Shown: one piece after another, positions 1 through 9,194 of the stretch
Numbering within the stretch: position 1 is the first letter of the stretch
How the letters are laid out: every line of letters begins with the position of its first letter
NCBI GenBank assembly: GCA_964596165.1
Contig: CAZQTW010000011.1
Coordinates: 26,556-90,555, forward strand
Source of the DNA: an uncultured Planctomycetales bacterium
GTDB lineage: Bacteria > Planctomycetota > Phycisphaerae > UBA1845 > JAFGLZ01
DNA length: 64,000 nucleotides
Reading direction: 5' to 3'
Made by a program: the position numbers and the translations under genes
The notes under the pieces: generated by a model
The model's database searches: none
Told to the model about the DNA's origin: nothing
What the model saw: only the letters and a program-made list of their open reading frames with translations

Positions 1-519
1 GCTGTAGGGCAGCGCCTTGTTGCGGTGCGGCGTCTCGTTCAGCACAATCCCGTCGATCGGCTGGTGCGTCGGGTTCAGCACGCGAACCGCCAACCGGTTC
101 TTCTCGCCCGGCTTGATCAAGCCGCTCACGTCGAACACAAACACCGACTCGCCACCCTCGTGCGAGCCTACCGGCGCATCGTTGAGCCACACGTCGCACT
201 TGTAGTCGACCTGCCAGAAGCGAAGCAGCGTGCGCCCGTCCTTGTTCGGATTGGTCGGACCCTCAAACTCCTTCCAATACCAGGCGACGCCGTGGTAACC
301 TGGAAACGCGTCCTGGATGATCCAGGGTACCTTGGTCTGCTTGGCCTCGGGGCGTGGGGATGTCCACCACTTCTCGGCCTGCCCGACGTTCTTGGGATCG
401 GTCGCCAGCAGCCATTGGCCATCGAGTGAGAACACCGTCGTCGCATTGACCGTCGTCGCCCGCGAAACGGCGAAGACCATCATGAAAACGGCTCCGAACA
501 CATGGGCTCGCCTTGTCAT
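1..519 (-). CDS. Glycoside hydrolase family 2-like protein, N-terminal part (3' end lies beyond the window start)
   Basis: Absent from the ORF track because it runs off the edge. Hand translation from ATG 519-517 gives MTRRAHVFGAVFMMVFAVSRA (signal peptide), then DGQWLLATDPKN...VPWIIQDAFPGYHGVAWYWKEF...LLRFWQVDYKCDVWLNDAPVGSHEGGESVFVFDVSGLIKPGEKNRLAVRVLNP. This is the typical GH2 sugar-binding domain pattern. Confidence 0.7.
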   Translation of the reverse strand, partial: MTRRAHVFGAVFMMVFAVSRATTVNATTVFSLDGQWLLATDPKNVGQAEKWWTSPRPEAKQTKVPWIIQDAFPGYHGVAWYWKEFEGPTNPNKDGRTLLRFWQVDYKCDVWLNDAPVGSHEGGESVFVFDVSGLIKPGEKNRLAVRVLNPTHQPIDGIVLNETPHRNKALPYS

Positions 520-560
520 GTTTGAGACCTCACCTTCTTGGTTTGTCCTGGGGAAATCCG

Positions 561-610
561 AGGTGTGCGGTACACCTCCCTTGAAACTAGTTTCAGCATA
601 TCATATGATA
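561..610. promoter_or_regulatory. Divergent promoter region with three short palindromes (candidate GntR operator sites)
   Basis: Read directly: AGGTGT-gcggt-ACACCT (561-577), TGAAACTAGTTTCA (582-595) and TATCATATGATA (599-610). They lie between the divergent GH2 gene and the GntR gene, just upstream of ATG 619. Confidence 0.35.
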
Positions 611-618
611 ATTGAACT

Positions 619-1290
619 ATGCGACCTGTCAAGCGAACAACCTTGAGTGAGCAAGTCGTAGCTCAGATCAAGCAGTACATCGTCCAGCACAATCTCAAAC
701 CCGGGGACCGACTTCCCACCGAGCAAGAACTGGCCGATCTGCTGGGCGTCAGCCGAATCAGCGTCAGGGAGGCGACCAAGTCGCTCAGCTTCCTCGGCAT
801 CGTCCAGGCGGCTCCACGCCGCGGCCTGACGTTGGGCGAGGTGGACATGGACCGGGTCACCAAGTACCTGGGCTTTCATTTCGCGCTCAGCGGCTACTCA
901 AAGCTGCACCTGCTCCAGGCACGCATGGTAATCGAGATCGGCTCATTGCCGTTCGCCATGGAGCGAATGAACGAGGACCCCGGCGTCCACCGCCGGCTGA
1001 TCGAGTTGATCGAAAAGTTGGACAAGGCGAAAACACCGGACGAATTCATCGAAGGCGACATCGTCTTTCATCGCGCGCTGGTCGAGGGAAGCGGAATCGA
1101 ACCGCTGGTGGCCTTCACGGACCTCTTGCATGTCTTCTTTCGAGAGTTCCGCGAGAGCGTCGTACCCGAGGGCCTGCGGAGCGGGAACCAGTCTCATCGA
1201 CGGATTGTCGAAGCCCTGAGAAATCACCGCCCGGAAACCGCCCAAAAGGAACTGCGCCTCCACCTCGGGCATTACAGGAAACAACTCTGA
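619..1290 (+). CDS. GntR family transcriptional regulator (FadR/FCD subfamily)
   Basis: N-terminal winged HTH LKPGDRLPTEQELADLLGVSRISVREATKSLSFLGIV followed by an all-helical FCD-like C-terminal domain. Confidence 0.9.
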   Translation: MRPVKRTTLSEQVVAQIKQYIVQHNLKPGDRLPTEQELADLLGVSRISVREATKSLSFLGIVQAAPRRGLTLGEVDMDRVTKYLGFHFALSGYSKLHLLQARMVIEIGSLPFAMERMNEDPGVHRRLIELIEKLDKAKTPDEFIEGDIVFHRALVEGSGIEPLVAFTDLLHVFFREFRESVVPEGLRSGNQSHRRIVEALRNHRPETAQKELRLHLGHYRKQL

Positions 1291-1492
1291 ACTCTGCCAA
1301 CATGACGGCGGACTACTCCAGGATCGACCCGGCATTCAGAACGCCGGGGGAGACACCGGACGCCTTGAACCAAGCGGCATGATGTGTTCTCCCTGGTTCT
1401 TGTGCTTGCCGAACTCCGCAAGGGGTGCCCATGCGGATGGAGGATAGGCCCGGCGGCACACTCGGCCGGCACTATGATGAGAGGATGCCCGA

Positions 1493-1954
1493 TTACCTTC
1501 GTGATCCCTCATCGGATAAGGGTACTTCCTGGCGGGCGAAAATGCCTTCGGCCACCGCCTTCACCAAACCCGACTGGCGGATCTCAGCCTTCACCACGAA
1601 CAGCGAAGGTGACTCGCCCACGTGCCAGCCCCGCACGGTAGCGGCTTCGCCCACAACCACCGGGTGTCGAAACTGCACGGAAAGCTTCGTGGTGACCGCA
1701 TGGTGGCCGCGGGCAAACAGACAATGGATCATCGCCGCATCCAGCAGCAAGGCGATGATGCCGCCGTGTAGCCGATCCGGAAAACCCTGGTATCTCTCTT
1801 CACAGGAAAACGAGGCCGTCACGCTGCCGTCATCTTGCCGCACGAACCTCAATCCCAGGCCTCCCCGTTTCGGGTCACCGCAGGCGACGCACGCCGGATG
1901 ACAAGACTCGCCGAGCCCAACATCGTTTTCCGTAACCTCACTCGGTGTGTTCAC
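1493..1954 (-). CDS. PaaI/hotdog-fold thioesterase
   Basis: N-terminal CHPACVACG followed by LGLRF...FPDRLHGGIIALLLDAAM, typical of the PaaI-type thioesterase family. Confidence 0.75.
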   Translation of the reverse strand: MNTPSEVTENDVGLGESCHPACVACGDPKRGGLGLRFVRQDDGSVTASFSCEERYQGFPDRLHGGIIALLLDAAMIHCLFARGHHAVTTKLSVQFRHPVVVGEAATVRGWHVGESPSLFVVKAEIRQSGLVKAVAEGIFARQEVPLSDEGSRR

Positions 1955-2053
1955 GTGTCATTACCTTCATGGTTGTATATCCGGCCCTTGCGGGTCATTC
2001 CCTTCCGGCTTGTCGACGGCGAAGCACGCCGTTGCTCGACCCGACGCTCTGAA

Positions 2054-2392
2054 TCAGTGATCGCAGACGTTGGCACCGGTCTGGAGTGTCCCGTCGAGAT
2101 ACGCCTTCACAAGGGTCTCCGGGGCCTCCGACGGGGCGCCCACCAACACCTGGATGCCTCGCTCGGCAAACAAATCCTGGGCCCGGGAACCCATGCCTCC
2201 GGCAATGATGACGTTCGCTTCGCGATCGTGCAGCCACCGGGGCAGGAGCCCCGGTTGGTGCTCGGGGGCGTCGACCGTCTCCTGTTTGACGATCGCCTTG
2301 GTCTTCGGATCGACGTCGATCAAGGCAAAATGCTCACAATGACCAAAGTGCGGACACAGTCTGCCGCCGGCAACCGGAATGGCAATACGCAT
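2054..2392 (-). CDS. NifB/NifX-family (dinitrogenase FeMo-cofactor-binding domain) small protein
   Basis: MRIAIPVAGGRLCPHFGHCEHFALIDVD...VIIAGGMGSRAQDLFAERGIQVLVG. Start chosen at the internal ATG, which is preceded by GGAGAG. The ORF track extends to 2440. Confidence 0.8.
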   Translation of the reverse strand: MRIAIPVAGGRLCPHFGHCEHFALIDVDPKTKAIVKQETVDAPEHQPGLLPRWLHDREANVIIAGGMGSRAQDLFAERGIQVLVGAPSEAPETLVKAYLDGTLQTGANVCDH

Positions 2393-2498
2393 TGCATTCT
2401 CTCCATTTTCTGCTGAACCATTTCCACAGAACGAACGCACTCGCTACTCATGTCTCCACCCCATGGACCGCGATCCAATCGCGGGTCGAGACATCCGT

Positions 2499-3800
2499 TT
2501 ACGACCATCGGTCTCTCTCACGAAATCCGTTCTTGTCCAGCCCAAGAATCGGTCCGATGACCTGCTGGAACGTACTGGCGGTCGTGGTTTCGGCGTAGTG
2601 ATGGGCGTAGGGCCTGCCCTCATCGCAGGCCAGGGCGATCTTGGGATCGATGGGGATACGCCCCAAAAACGGTACGTCCATCTCCTTGGCCATCCGTTCC
2701 CCGCCGCCGCTCTTGAAAATGTCCGTCACCTCGCCGCACTGGGGACACGCAAAACCGCTCATGTTCTCCACCACGCCGAGCACCGGCATGCGCACCTGCC
2801 GGCAGAACGTCACACACCGGCGGACATCGGACAACGCCACCTCTTGCGGCGTGGTGACGATCACGGCCCCATCGGCATCGGGAATGAGCTGACAGACCGA
2901 CAACGGTTCGTCACCCGTGCCCGGCGGCGAGTCGATGACCAGAAAATCCAGTTCACCCCATTCAACGTCCTTTATAAACTGCTTGATGACCCCCATCTTG
3001 AGCGGACCCCGCCAGATGACCGCGTCGCTCCGTCCCGACAGCAGCAGACCGATGGACACGACCTTCAGATCGCCGATCTCGAAGGGGACGAGCGTCTGGT
3101 TCTCCACCTCCAATCGCTTGCCCTCCAACCCCAGCATCCTCGGGATGCTCGGGCCGTGGATGTCCACGTCCAGAAGCCCTACCCGTTTGCCGGACAGAGA
3201 GAGTGAAACGGCCAGATTCACCGCGACGGTGCTCTTGCCCACTCCCCCCTTGCCGGAGAGCACAAGAACTTTGTGTTTGATCTGACAGAGCCGCCGTTGA
3301 AGCGCTTGGCGATCCTCGAACTCCTGGGTCGATTCGCCTTCACGGGCCGTCTTGGCGTCACAGCTTTCATCGGAACAACTTCCGCACCCCTGATCTCGCC
3401 GGCCGTCCGCCTTGGACCGCTCCTTCATCCGCTTCAGTGAATCCTCGACCGCCGCCCTGAGCGTGTTGGCCGCCAGCAGCGCGCAGTGCCTGGATTCTTC
3501 CGTCAGCCCCCCCAGGGCATCGATGATGTCCTGCTGCCGAATCTGAGCCGCCTCCATCAGCGACTTCCCGACGGCCAACTCGGTCGCCATGCTGCCCGAG
3601 GCGATGCTCGGACCGCATCCGTCCGTTTCGAAAGTCGCCTGCACGATGCGCCCGTCGTCGTTCTTGATCCAGATCTCCATGGTGTCGCCGCAGGGGCCCG
3701 TAATCCGCGCGTGTCCTGATGCGCCACTCAGTGCCCCACGGTTTCGGGGATGATCGAATCGCTCAATCGCCCCTTGCCCATAGTCGTTTTCGCCGCTCAT
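2499..3800 (-). CDS. IscU/NifU-like scaffold domain fused to an Mrp/NBP35 (ApbC-type) P-loop ATPase
   Basis: N-terminus: HPRNRGAL...GPCGDTMEIWIK...FETDGCGPSIASGSMATEL...SRHCALLAANTL (IscU signature Cys residues). C-terminus: VLVLSGKGGVGKSTVAVNLA...CPQCGE (Mrp family). Start chosen at the ATG preceded by AGGAGCAAGGAA. Confidence 0.85.
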   Translation of the reverse strand: MSGENDYGQGAIERFDHPRNRGALSGASGHARITGPCGDTMEIWIKNDDGRIVQATFETDGCGPSIASGSMATELAVGKSLMEAAQIRQQDIIDALGGLTEESRHCALLAANTLRAAVEDSLKRMKERSKADGRRDQGCGSCSDESCDAKTAREGESTQEFEDRQALQRRLCQIKHKVLVLSGKGGVGKSTVAVNLAVSLSLSGKRVGLLDVDIHGPSIPRMLGLEGKRLEVENQTLVPFEIGDLKVVSIGLLLSGRSDAVIWRGPLKMGVIKQFIKDVEWGELDFLVIDSPPGTGDEPLSVCQLIPDADGAVIVTTPQEVALSDVRRCVTFCRQVRMPVLGVVENMSGFACPQCGEVTDIFKSGGGERMAKEMDVPFLGRIPIDPKIALACDEGRPYAHHYAETTTASTFQQVIGPILGLDKNGFRERDRWS

Positions 3801-3826
3801 CGTCGTTCCTTGCTCCTGATTGCCAA

Positions 3827-4723
3827 TCATGCACCCGGTGCCTCGCCGAGCCGCCTTGAGACATCTCGCCAAATGTCCGCTATCTCGCGCGCCGCTGTGC
3901 TGTCGCGGCACTCCACCACAGCCTTACCCTGGATCTGCGCCTGGGTTACCGCCCGGTCGTAGTGAATCCGCCCAACCGGCTGAGCGCCGTGCTCCGCGGC
4001 ACAGTCTTCGATCTGATCCGCCATGGACGGGTTCAGGTCATACTTGTTCACGCACACCAGCGCCGGTATCCTAAAGTGTTTCGCCAGGCCCAGCACGCGC
4101 TCCAGATCGTGCCGACCCGAAAGCGTCGGCTCCGTCACGACCAAGACGCCCGAGGCCCCCGTGATCGACGCGATGACCGGACAGCCGATGCCGGGCGGGC
4201 CGTCCACGATGATCAGGTCGAGCCCTCGTTCGCCGGCAATACGCTGGGCCTCGCGCCGGACCGTGCTGACCAGCTTCCCGGAGTTCTCGGCGGCGATGCC
4301 GAGCCGGGCGTGGACCATCGGACCGTTCGCGGTCTCCGACACAAACCATTCACCGGTGACTCTCTCGACGAAGTCAATGGCATTCACCGGGCAGAACCGC
4401 GCGCATACGCCGCAACCCTCACACGCAATGGGATCGATTCGGAAGGTCCACGCCCCATTCGTGCTCTCCTTCCGGACGGCCTCAAATCGGCAATGCGCCA
4501 GGCACCCGCCGCAGGCGAGGCAGTCCTCCTGGCGTATCACGGCCTCCTTGCCGCTGCGAAACACCTCTCGTCGGACGATCGCAGGGTCCAACACCAGATG
4601 GAGGTCGGCGGCGTCGACGTCGCAATCGGCCAAGACCGATTTCCCGGCCAAGACGGCGAACGAAGCCACCACGCTCGTCTTTCCGGTACCGCCCTTGCCG
4701 CTGATGACCACGAGTTCCTTCAT
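3827..4723 (-). CDS. MinD/CooC-type P-loop ATPase with an inserted 2x[4Fe-4S] ferredoxin domain
   Basis: MKELVVISGKGGTGKTS deviant Walker A, then CLACGGCLAHC and CEGCGVCARFCP cluster motifs inserted before the rest of the ATPase fold. Confidence 0.85.
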   Translation of the reverse strand: MKELVVISGKGGTGKTSVVASFAVLAGKSVLADCDVDAADLHLVLDPAIVRREVFRSGKEAVIRQEDCLACGGCLAHCRFEAVRKESTNGAWTFRIDPIACEGCGVCARFCPVNAIDFVERVTGEWFVSETANGPMVHARLGIAAENSGKLVSTVRREAQRIAGERGLDLIIVDGPPGIGCPVIASITGASGVLVVTEPTLSGRHDLERVLGLAKHFRIPALVCVNKYDLNPSMADQIEDCAAEHGAQPVGRIHYDRAVTQAQIQGKAVVECRDSTAAREIADIWRDVSRRLGEAPGA

Positions 4724-4772
4724 GCTTGCTCTCGTGCCCCGCCGTACGGGCGGGCCTCTGGAATCCCGCACC

Positions 4773-5712
4773 TTACTCCGTCGACCTGTAGAACGTAGTG
4801 CCGTTCAAAACCTTCGCGTCCACACACCGACTTTCGAGAAGAGGACCCATGACCTTCATGATCTCGTTGGGATGGACACCGAGTCCGTTGGCCAAATCCG
4901 GAAGCGAACACGGCCGGCGCCTCAGCAGGGCCAACAACCCATCGCTGGTGGCGCGAGTGGATGGATGATCCTCCGCCCCGTGGTAGCCTCCAATGACCTC
5001 GGTCTCAACGGGGAATCGCCTCGCGATACGCTCGAGCATCTCCCTGGAGGCCGGCATGGCATAAGGTTCGGTCGGCGGACGGTTCACCGTGTTCAGTTGC
5101 ACGCGATCGGGCAGAATCCGTTCCACCGCCTGCACCATCTCGTTGACTTCGGAGTCGATCGTTGTGACCCCGCTCAGGATGAACACCTCCAGCCAGATCG
5201 GTTTGGCGAACTCCCGTCGAAACTCCACGAGCCCGTCCACCATCTCCGCGAATCGTATTCGCGGATGCGGCCGGTTCACGTATTGAAATGTCCGGTCGGT
5301 GCCCGCGTCCAAGGACGGAATCACCAGATCCGCCTGCGAGAGGCCCTTTCGGACCTGACGATCCCACAGGAGTGAGCCGTTGGTCAGGACGGCCACCGGT
5401 ATCGTGCTGATCTTCTTGACCGCCGAAATCAATTCGCCCAATCGCCCGTGGAGCGTCGGCTCGCCCGAACCCGAGAGCGTGATGTAGTCGGGTAGCGGCC
5501 TGACGTTCAACTTGCCGGCAACTTCATTCACCACGCGTTCCAGGGGGACGTACTCTGCCCGCTTGACCGTCTTATTGGTGGTTCGCCCGAGTTGGCAGTA
5601 GATGCAGTCGTAGGTGCAGGTCTTGAACTCGACCAGGTCGACACCCAGGGACCTCCCCAGGCGACGGGACGCCACCGGACCGAACACGTATTGGAATCGC
5701 TGTTGACTCACT
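4773..5712 (-). CDS. Radical SAM protein with a C-terminal winged-helix-like tail
   Basis: GPVASRRLGRSLGVDLVEFKTCTYDCIYCQLG (CX3CX2C). The GTG start at 5712 lies 3 nt from the stop of the upstream gene. The ORF track's upstream extension overlaps that gene and is rejected. Confidence 0.8.
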
Positions 5713-5715
5713 CTC

Positions 5716-6606
5716 TCAACACCCGAGCCGCGCTGATCGCGCCGCGTCCAACTCCTCTTGAACCGACTGTCCCAGTCTCCGAAACGCCGTACGCAGTTCC
5801 GGTAAGGCCTCAACGGCCGCCTTCCCACGCGAGTACGCCTCCGCGATCCGCCGATCGTCGGGGATCTCCATGAGAATGCGAATGCCTTCCTCGGCACAGT
5901 ATGCGTGGGTCCGGCCGTCGCCGGCATCCGCTCGGTTGATCACCACGCCGAACGGGAGCTCCAGCTTCCGAACGGTCTCGACCGCCAGCTTCAGATCGTG
6001 CAGACCAAACGAGGTGGGTTCCGTCACGAGAATCACATAGTCGGCGCCTCGGACCGACGCGATCACCGGGCACGAGGTCCCGGGGGGCGCGTCGATGAGC
6101 GTGAGTCCCTCGTCCGAAACGTATCGCTTGATCGCCCGGATCAGCGGTGGAGATTGAGCCTCGCCTACCCGGAGGCGACCCTCGACGAACTCGACGTCCC
6201 GCGACCGCCCGATGCTCAGGTGGCCGACGTCGCGGCGACCCTCCGCAATCGCCGAAACAGGACAGACCTTGACGCAACCCCCGCATCCGTGACAGAGTTC
6301 CGGAAAAACCAATGCCTTGGTCTTCAGCGAAGCAATCGCGTTGTATTGGCAGATCTCCGCGCACCTGCCGCAGGCCGTGCAGCGATCCTCATCGACAACC
6401 GGTACGGGAACGCTGACCGGCAGCGTCCCGGTAATTGTGGGCTTCAGAAAGAGGTGGCAGTTCGGCTCCTCCACATCACAGTCGATCAGACGCACCAGGC
6501 CCGGCGCCGAGAGCGCCATACTGACCGCAACGGTGGTCTTCCCGGTGCCACCTTTGCCGCTGGCAACCGCGACGACGATTCGTTTGTTGTCGCATCCCGC
6601 GTTCAT
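5716..6606 (-). CDS. MinD/CooC-type P-loop ATPase with an inserted 2x[4Fe-4S] ferredoxin domain (paralog of 3827-4723)
   Basis: IVVAVASGKGGTGKTT, CTACGRCAEICQ and CHGCGGCVKVCP. Same architecture as the downstream paralog. Confidence 0.85.
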   Translation of the reverse strand: MNAGCDNKRIVVAVASGKGGTGKTTVAVSMALSAPGLVRLIDCDVEEPNCHLFLKPTITGTLPVSVPVPVVDEDRCTACGRCAEICQYNAIASLKTKALVFPELCHGCGGCVKVCPVSAIAEGRRDVGHLSIGRSRDVEFVEGRLRVGEAQSPPLIRAIKRYVSDEGLTLIDAPPGTSCPVIASVRGADYVILVTEPTSFGLHDLKLAVETVRKLELPFGVVINRADAGDGRTHAYCAEEGIRILMEIPDDRRIAEAYSRGKAAVEALPELRTAFRRLGQSVQEELDAARSARLGC

Positions 6607-6678
6607 TCGACCATCTCTGCAAAACCAATGGGGCGGTGGTGGTCTCCAACCACAACCCCTGGCCCTTCAGACCCCTTC

Positions 6679-7191
6679 CTAGCGTGACGACTCGTTCGCG
6701 CGGACATCCGGCGATCCATGCCGTCCGCGTCCCTGACCGCCCCGGCCCCGACCGACCGGTTGATCGTGAGGAACGACATCCTGCGCATTCCGATGCAGAA
6801 ACTGCGGCGTATCGCTCTTTTCGGGCGATACCAGCAGCGGCAAGGCAAAGAGGCCCGTACAGATCAGTACAAAGACCACCGCGACGACGATTCTCACGGC
6901 GCGCGATGCAATCAGATGCGTAAGGGTTGCGGTGATCCAACTCCAGTGAAGCACGATGTGTACCGCCAGCAGGGCCAGCAACGTGAGCGAGGCGTACAGA
7001 TGCACCGTCCCCCACTGATGCCTGTCCAGTCCGAAGAGGTACAATTCGATGTTCGCCCCGTACTTGAGCACCCGCTCGCGGCCCGGTAGGAGCACCCACT
7101 TCATCAGGAACCCCAGACCCGCAATCAGGGCCATGTCGATGAACATCAAGGCATCAATCACGAAGTTAATCTTGGCTTTGTTCTTGAGCAT
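6679..7191 (-). CDS. DUF4405-like integral membrane protein
   Basis: INFVIDALMFIDMALIAGLGFLMKWVL...RHQWGTVHLYASLTLLALLAVHIVLHWSW. About four hydrophobic helices with conserved His/Trp. GGAGAGG lies upstream of the ATG. Confidence 0.7.
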   Translation of the reverse strand: MLKNKAKINFVIDALMFIDMALIAGLGFLMKWVLLPGRERVLKYGANIELYLFGLDRHQWGTVHLYASLTLLALLAVHIVLHWSWITATLTHLIASRAVRIVVAVVFVLICTGLFALPLLVSPEKSDTPQFLHRNAQDVVPHDQPVGRGRGGQGRGRHGSPDVRANESSR

Positions 7192-7215
7192 CGGCCTCTC
7201 CGCTACCGGCCCGTC

Positions 7216-7437
7216 TCACTTCGGACATTTCTTGAGGACCATGAACCAGTCCAGCACCCGGGTGTCTGCCGCCGGTTTCTCAACGCGATCCTTGGCCGTC
7301 CCGCAGGAGCCGGCCGGCGGAACGATCACCTCGTCGCCCGATTGCCGCTGGGCCACCGTGGCATCGTCGATGAAGTCCTCGACATCCGTGCTCGGTCTTG
7401 CGTGTGCCTCAGTATCCGTCGCCACGATCGTCCCCAA
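7216..7437 (-). CDS. Small hypothetical protein (69-73 aa) with a C-terminal CG...KKCPK
   Basis: ORF fits the 24-48 nt gaps of the operon and has high third-position GC. I recognise no family. TTG or GTG start. Confidence 0.4.
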   Translation of the reverse strand: MGTIVATDTEAHARPSTDVEDFIDDATVAQRQSGDEVIVPPAGSCGTAKDRVEKPAADTRVLDWFMVLKKCPK

Positions 7438-7485
7438 TCCCTGCCCGTCGAGTCCGTGGGCCCGCTATGCGGCCGCCCGACGCCA

Positions 7486-7815
7486 CTACACCCAGTGCCC
7501 CTCGACATCGGGCGAATCCGACGGGCTCAGCTCGCCCCGCTTGAAGCGCTCGACGACCTCGCCCACGGTCCCTTCGACGCCGGTAATAACCTGGATCCCC
7601 GCGGCCCGAAGCGTGGCGAACGCCTTCGGGCCACAGTGCCCGGTCAGCAGGACCTGCGCTCCCAGGCGAGAGACGTTCTGGGCCGCCTGAATCCCCGCCC
7701 CCTGTGCGGCATTCAAGTTCTGCGTGTTGTCCTCGACCTGAACGCTGCCCGTTTCCGTGTCCACGAGGATGAATTTCGCCGCTCGACCAAACCGCGGATC
7801 GATCGGCGAACCCAA
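7486..7815 (-). CDS. NifB/NifX-family small protein with no canonical start codon for its conserved N-terminus
   Basis: SPIDPRFGRAAKFILVDTETG...VLLTGHCGPKAFATLRAAGIQVITG. The in-frame upstream codons read KVAGTSSGDGLG, a typical family N-terminus, but contain no ATG/GTG/TTG before TTG 7815. Confidence 0.7.
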   Translation of the reverse strand: MGSPIDPRFGRAAKFILVDTETGSVQVEDNTQNLNAAQGAGIQAAQNVSRLGAQVLLTGHCGPKAFATLRAAGIQVITGVEGTVGEVVERFKRGELSPSDSPDVEGHWV

Positions 7816-7955
7816 CCCATCCCCGCTTGATGTGCCCGCAACCTTCCCTTTGGCGCCCTGCCAACGGCTACTTGGTGTTGAGCTGCTCGGGCCCGGCGCT
7901 CGCCGGGCCCGCCCTCACGAACACCGAGATCTTTCGGCCGCACCCGCCCCGCTCG

Positions 7956-8315
7956 TTAGGACACCTTCTCCTCGGCCGCCAACTCGTCGATTCGTTTTCT
8001 CAGGTCGTCCAATTGGGCCTGAAGAACGTCAGCCTGCCTCGTCAGGAATTCCTTCTCGGCTGCCGGATTTGGAACCGGCTGAACTCCCGACATCGGCGGC
8101 GCAGCCCCCCACCCGAAACGAGCCCAGCCCGGCAATCCGGTCGCCCAGAACATGTTTCGCCGGCCTCGTCGGCCGCCACCGCCAAAACCGCGACCCCGAC
8201 CGAAAACCGGCACCGGATTCATGAAACCCGGAACACCGTATCCGGCACAGTAGCCCGCGGCACGGCCCGTCATTGGTCCCATTCCCATCGGTCCTGTTCC
8301 ATCTCCACCTGGCAT
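7956..8315 (-). CDS. DUF5320-like protein
   Basis: MPGGDGTGPMGMGPMTGRAAGYCAG N-terminus, a Gly/Arg-rich middle and a coiled-coil C-terminus (LQAQLDDLRKRIDELAAEE). Confidence 0.75.
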   Translation of the reverse strand: MPGGDGTGPMGMGPMTGRAAGYCAGYGVPGFMNPVPVFGRGRGFGGGGRRGRRNMFWATGLPGWARFGWGAAPPMSGVQPVPNPAAEKEFLTRQADVLQAQLDDLRKRIDELAAEEKVS

Positions 8316-8339
8316 GATGTATCTCCTTTCAACTGGAAG

Positions 8340-8999
8340 TTATCCTCGGGTCATCGTGGTACCGCAGTTCGGGCAAATCAGTTGAACGCAAGGCTGCCCC
8401 CTCTCATGGGCTTGCCTGTGCCCGCAACTCGGACAAACGCACTCTCCCGGCGAGCTGAGGTCCGGGTTCTGCATGCGCCATCTGCCCCTCCGGCCACGCC
8501 CCGTTCCTCTTCCTCGCCCGCCTCCGCCTCGTCCGCCAGTCCCGTTTCCCAACGGCATCGTTGATCCCGGCGAGGAAGCCGTGCCGCCCCAGCCTTCTCC
8601 CGGCCGGTTCGTTGCGGCATACGGCCCTCGCTCGCCCCTGAACTGCCTCTGCCCACCGCAACACCCCGGCATCTGCAACGACGGGGTTGACAGATTGCCG
8701 GTTAAGAACGCCCTCAGCACATCACCCACACTCCCGGCAATGTATGGGATGAGCCGGATTCCGGTGGCCCGCACCATGGCGGCAACCGGTACCGAGATGG
8801 CCCCACACACAAGGACCTGAACACCCATCCCCTGAATGGCGGCCACCTTTTGCAGGGGCTGCGCGTCGGAAAGTGCCTCCTGTCGGCTTGCGACCGCTTG
8901 GCCCTCTCGAACGTCAAACACCAGAACCTGCTGAGCAGCGTCGAAAACCGGAGAGATCCTTCCTTCCCACACAGTGAAGGCTACTCTTGTAGGGCTCAT
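8340..8999 (-). CDS. NifB/NifX-like domain fused to a Gly/Arg-rich linker and a C-terminal CxxC...CxxC zinc-ribbon
   Basis: VAFTVWEGRISPVFDAAQQVLVFDV...VLVCGAISVPVAAMVRATGIRLIPY, then GGRGGGGRGRGTGRGRRGR, then CVCPSCGHRQAHERGQPCVQLICPNCG. Start chosen at ATG 8999, which is preceded by GGAGG. Confidence 0.75.
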   Translation of the reverse strand: MSPTRVAFTVWEGRISPVFDAAQQVLVFDVREGQAVASRQEALSDAQPLQKVAAIQGMGVQVLVCGAISVPVAAMVRATGIRLIPYIAGSVGDVLRAFLTGNLSTPSLQMPGCCGGQRQFRGERGPYAATNRPGEGWGGTASSPGSTMPLGNGTGGRGGGGRGRGTGRGRRGRWRMQNPDLSSPGECVCPSCGHRQAHERGQPCVQLICPNCGTTMTRG

Positions 9000-9033
9000 T
9001 GCCAAAGACCTCCGAGGACTCATTTGTGAGAAC

Positions 9034-9049
9034 AGCACATGCCATGCCA
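9034..9049 (-). promoter_or_regulatory. Sigma-54 (-24/-12) promoter of the Fe-S/NifX-like operon
   Basis: The minus strand reads CTGGCATG-GCAT-GTGCT. The invariant GG and GC are at the canonical 12-nt register (consensus YTGGCACG-N4-TTGCW, two mismatches). It lies about 35 nt upstream of ATG 8999, and a bEBP gene is nearby. Confidence 0.6.
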
Positions 9050-9146
9050 GCAAGCAACTAAGACAACGGCGCGATCTTAACCTATTTCAAGAAAGTATTT
9101 TATGTCGATACTTGTTCGATCAGGGAACGTCGAGAAACAAAATTGG

Positions 9147-9194
9147 GTAGCACTACTGCAACCATTCGTCTGATCACAGTTGCATGAATGCTAC
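9147..9194. promoter_or_regulatory. Nested inverted repeat, candidate enhancer (UAS) for the bEBP
   Basis: The minus strand reads GTAGCA-ttca-TGCAAC-N16-GTTGCA-gtag-TGCTAC. It sits about 100-145 bp upstream of the -24 element, the usual UAS distance. Confidence 0.3.

Noticed and set aside
8340-8999. Splitting this ORF into a NifX-like gene plus a separate DUF5320-like/zinc-ribbon gene starting at the internal MPLGNGTGG.
   Set aside because: No stop codon separates the parts and there is no convincing RBS before either internal ATG. I kept it as a fusion, but N-terminal proteomics could revise this.
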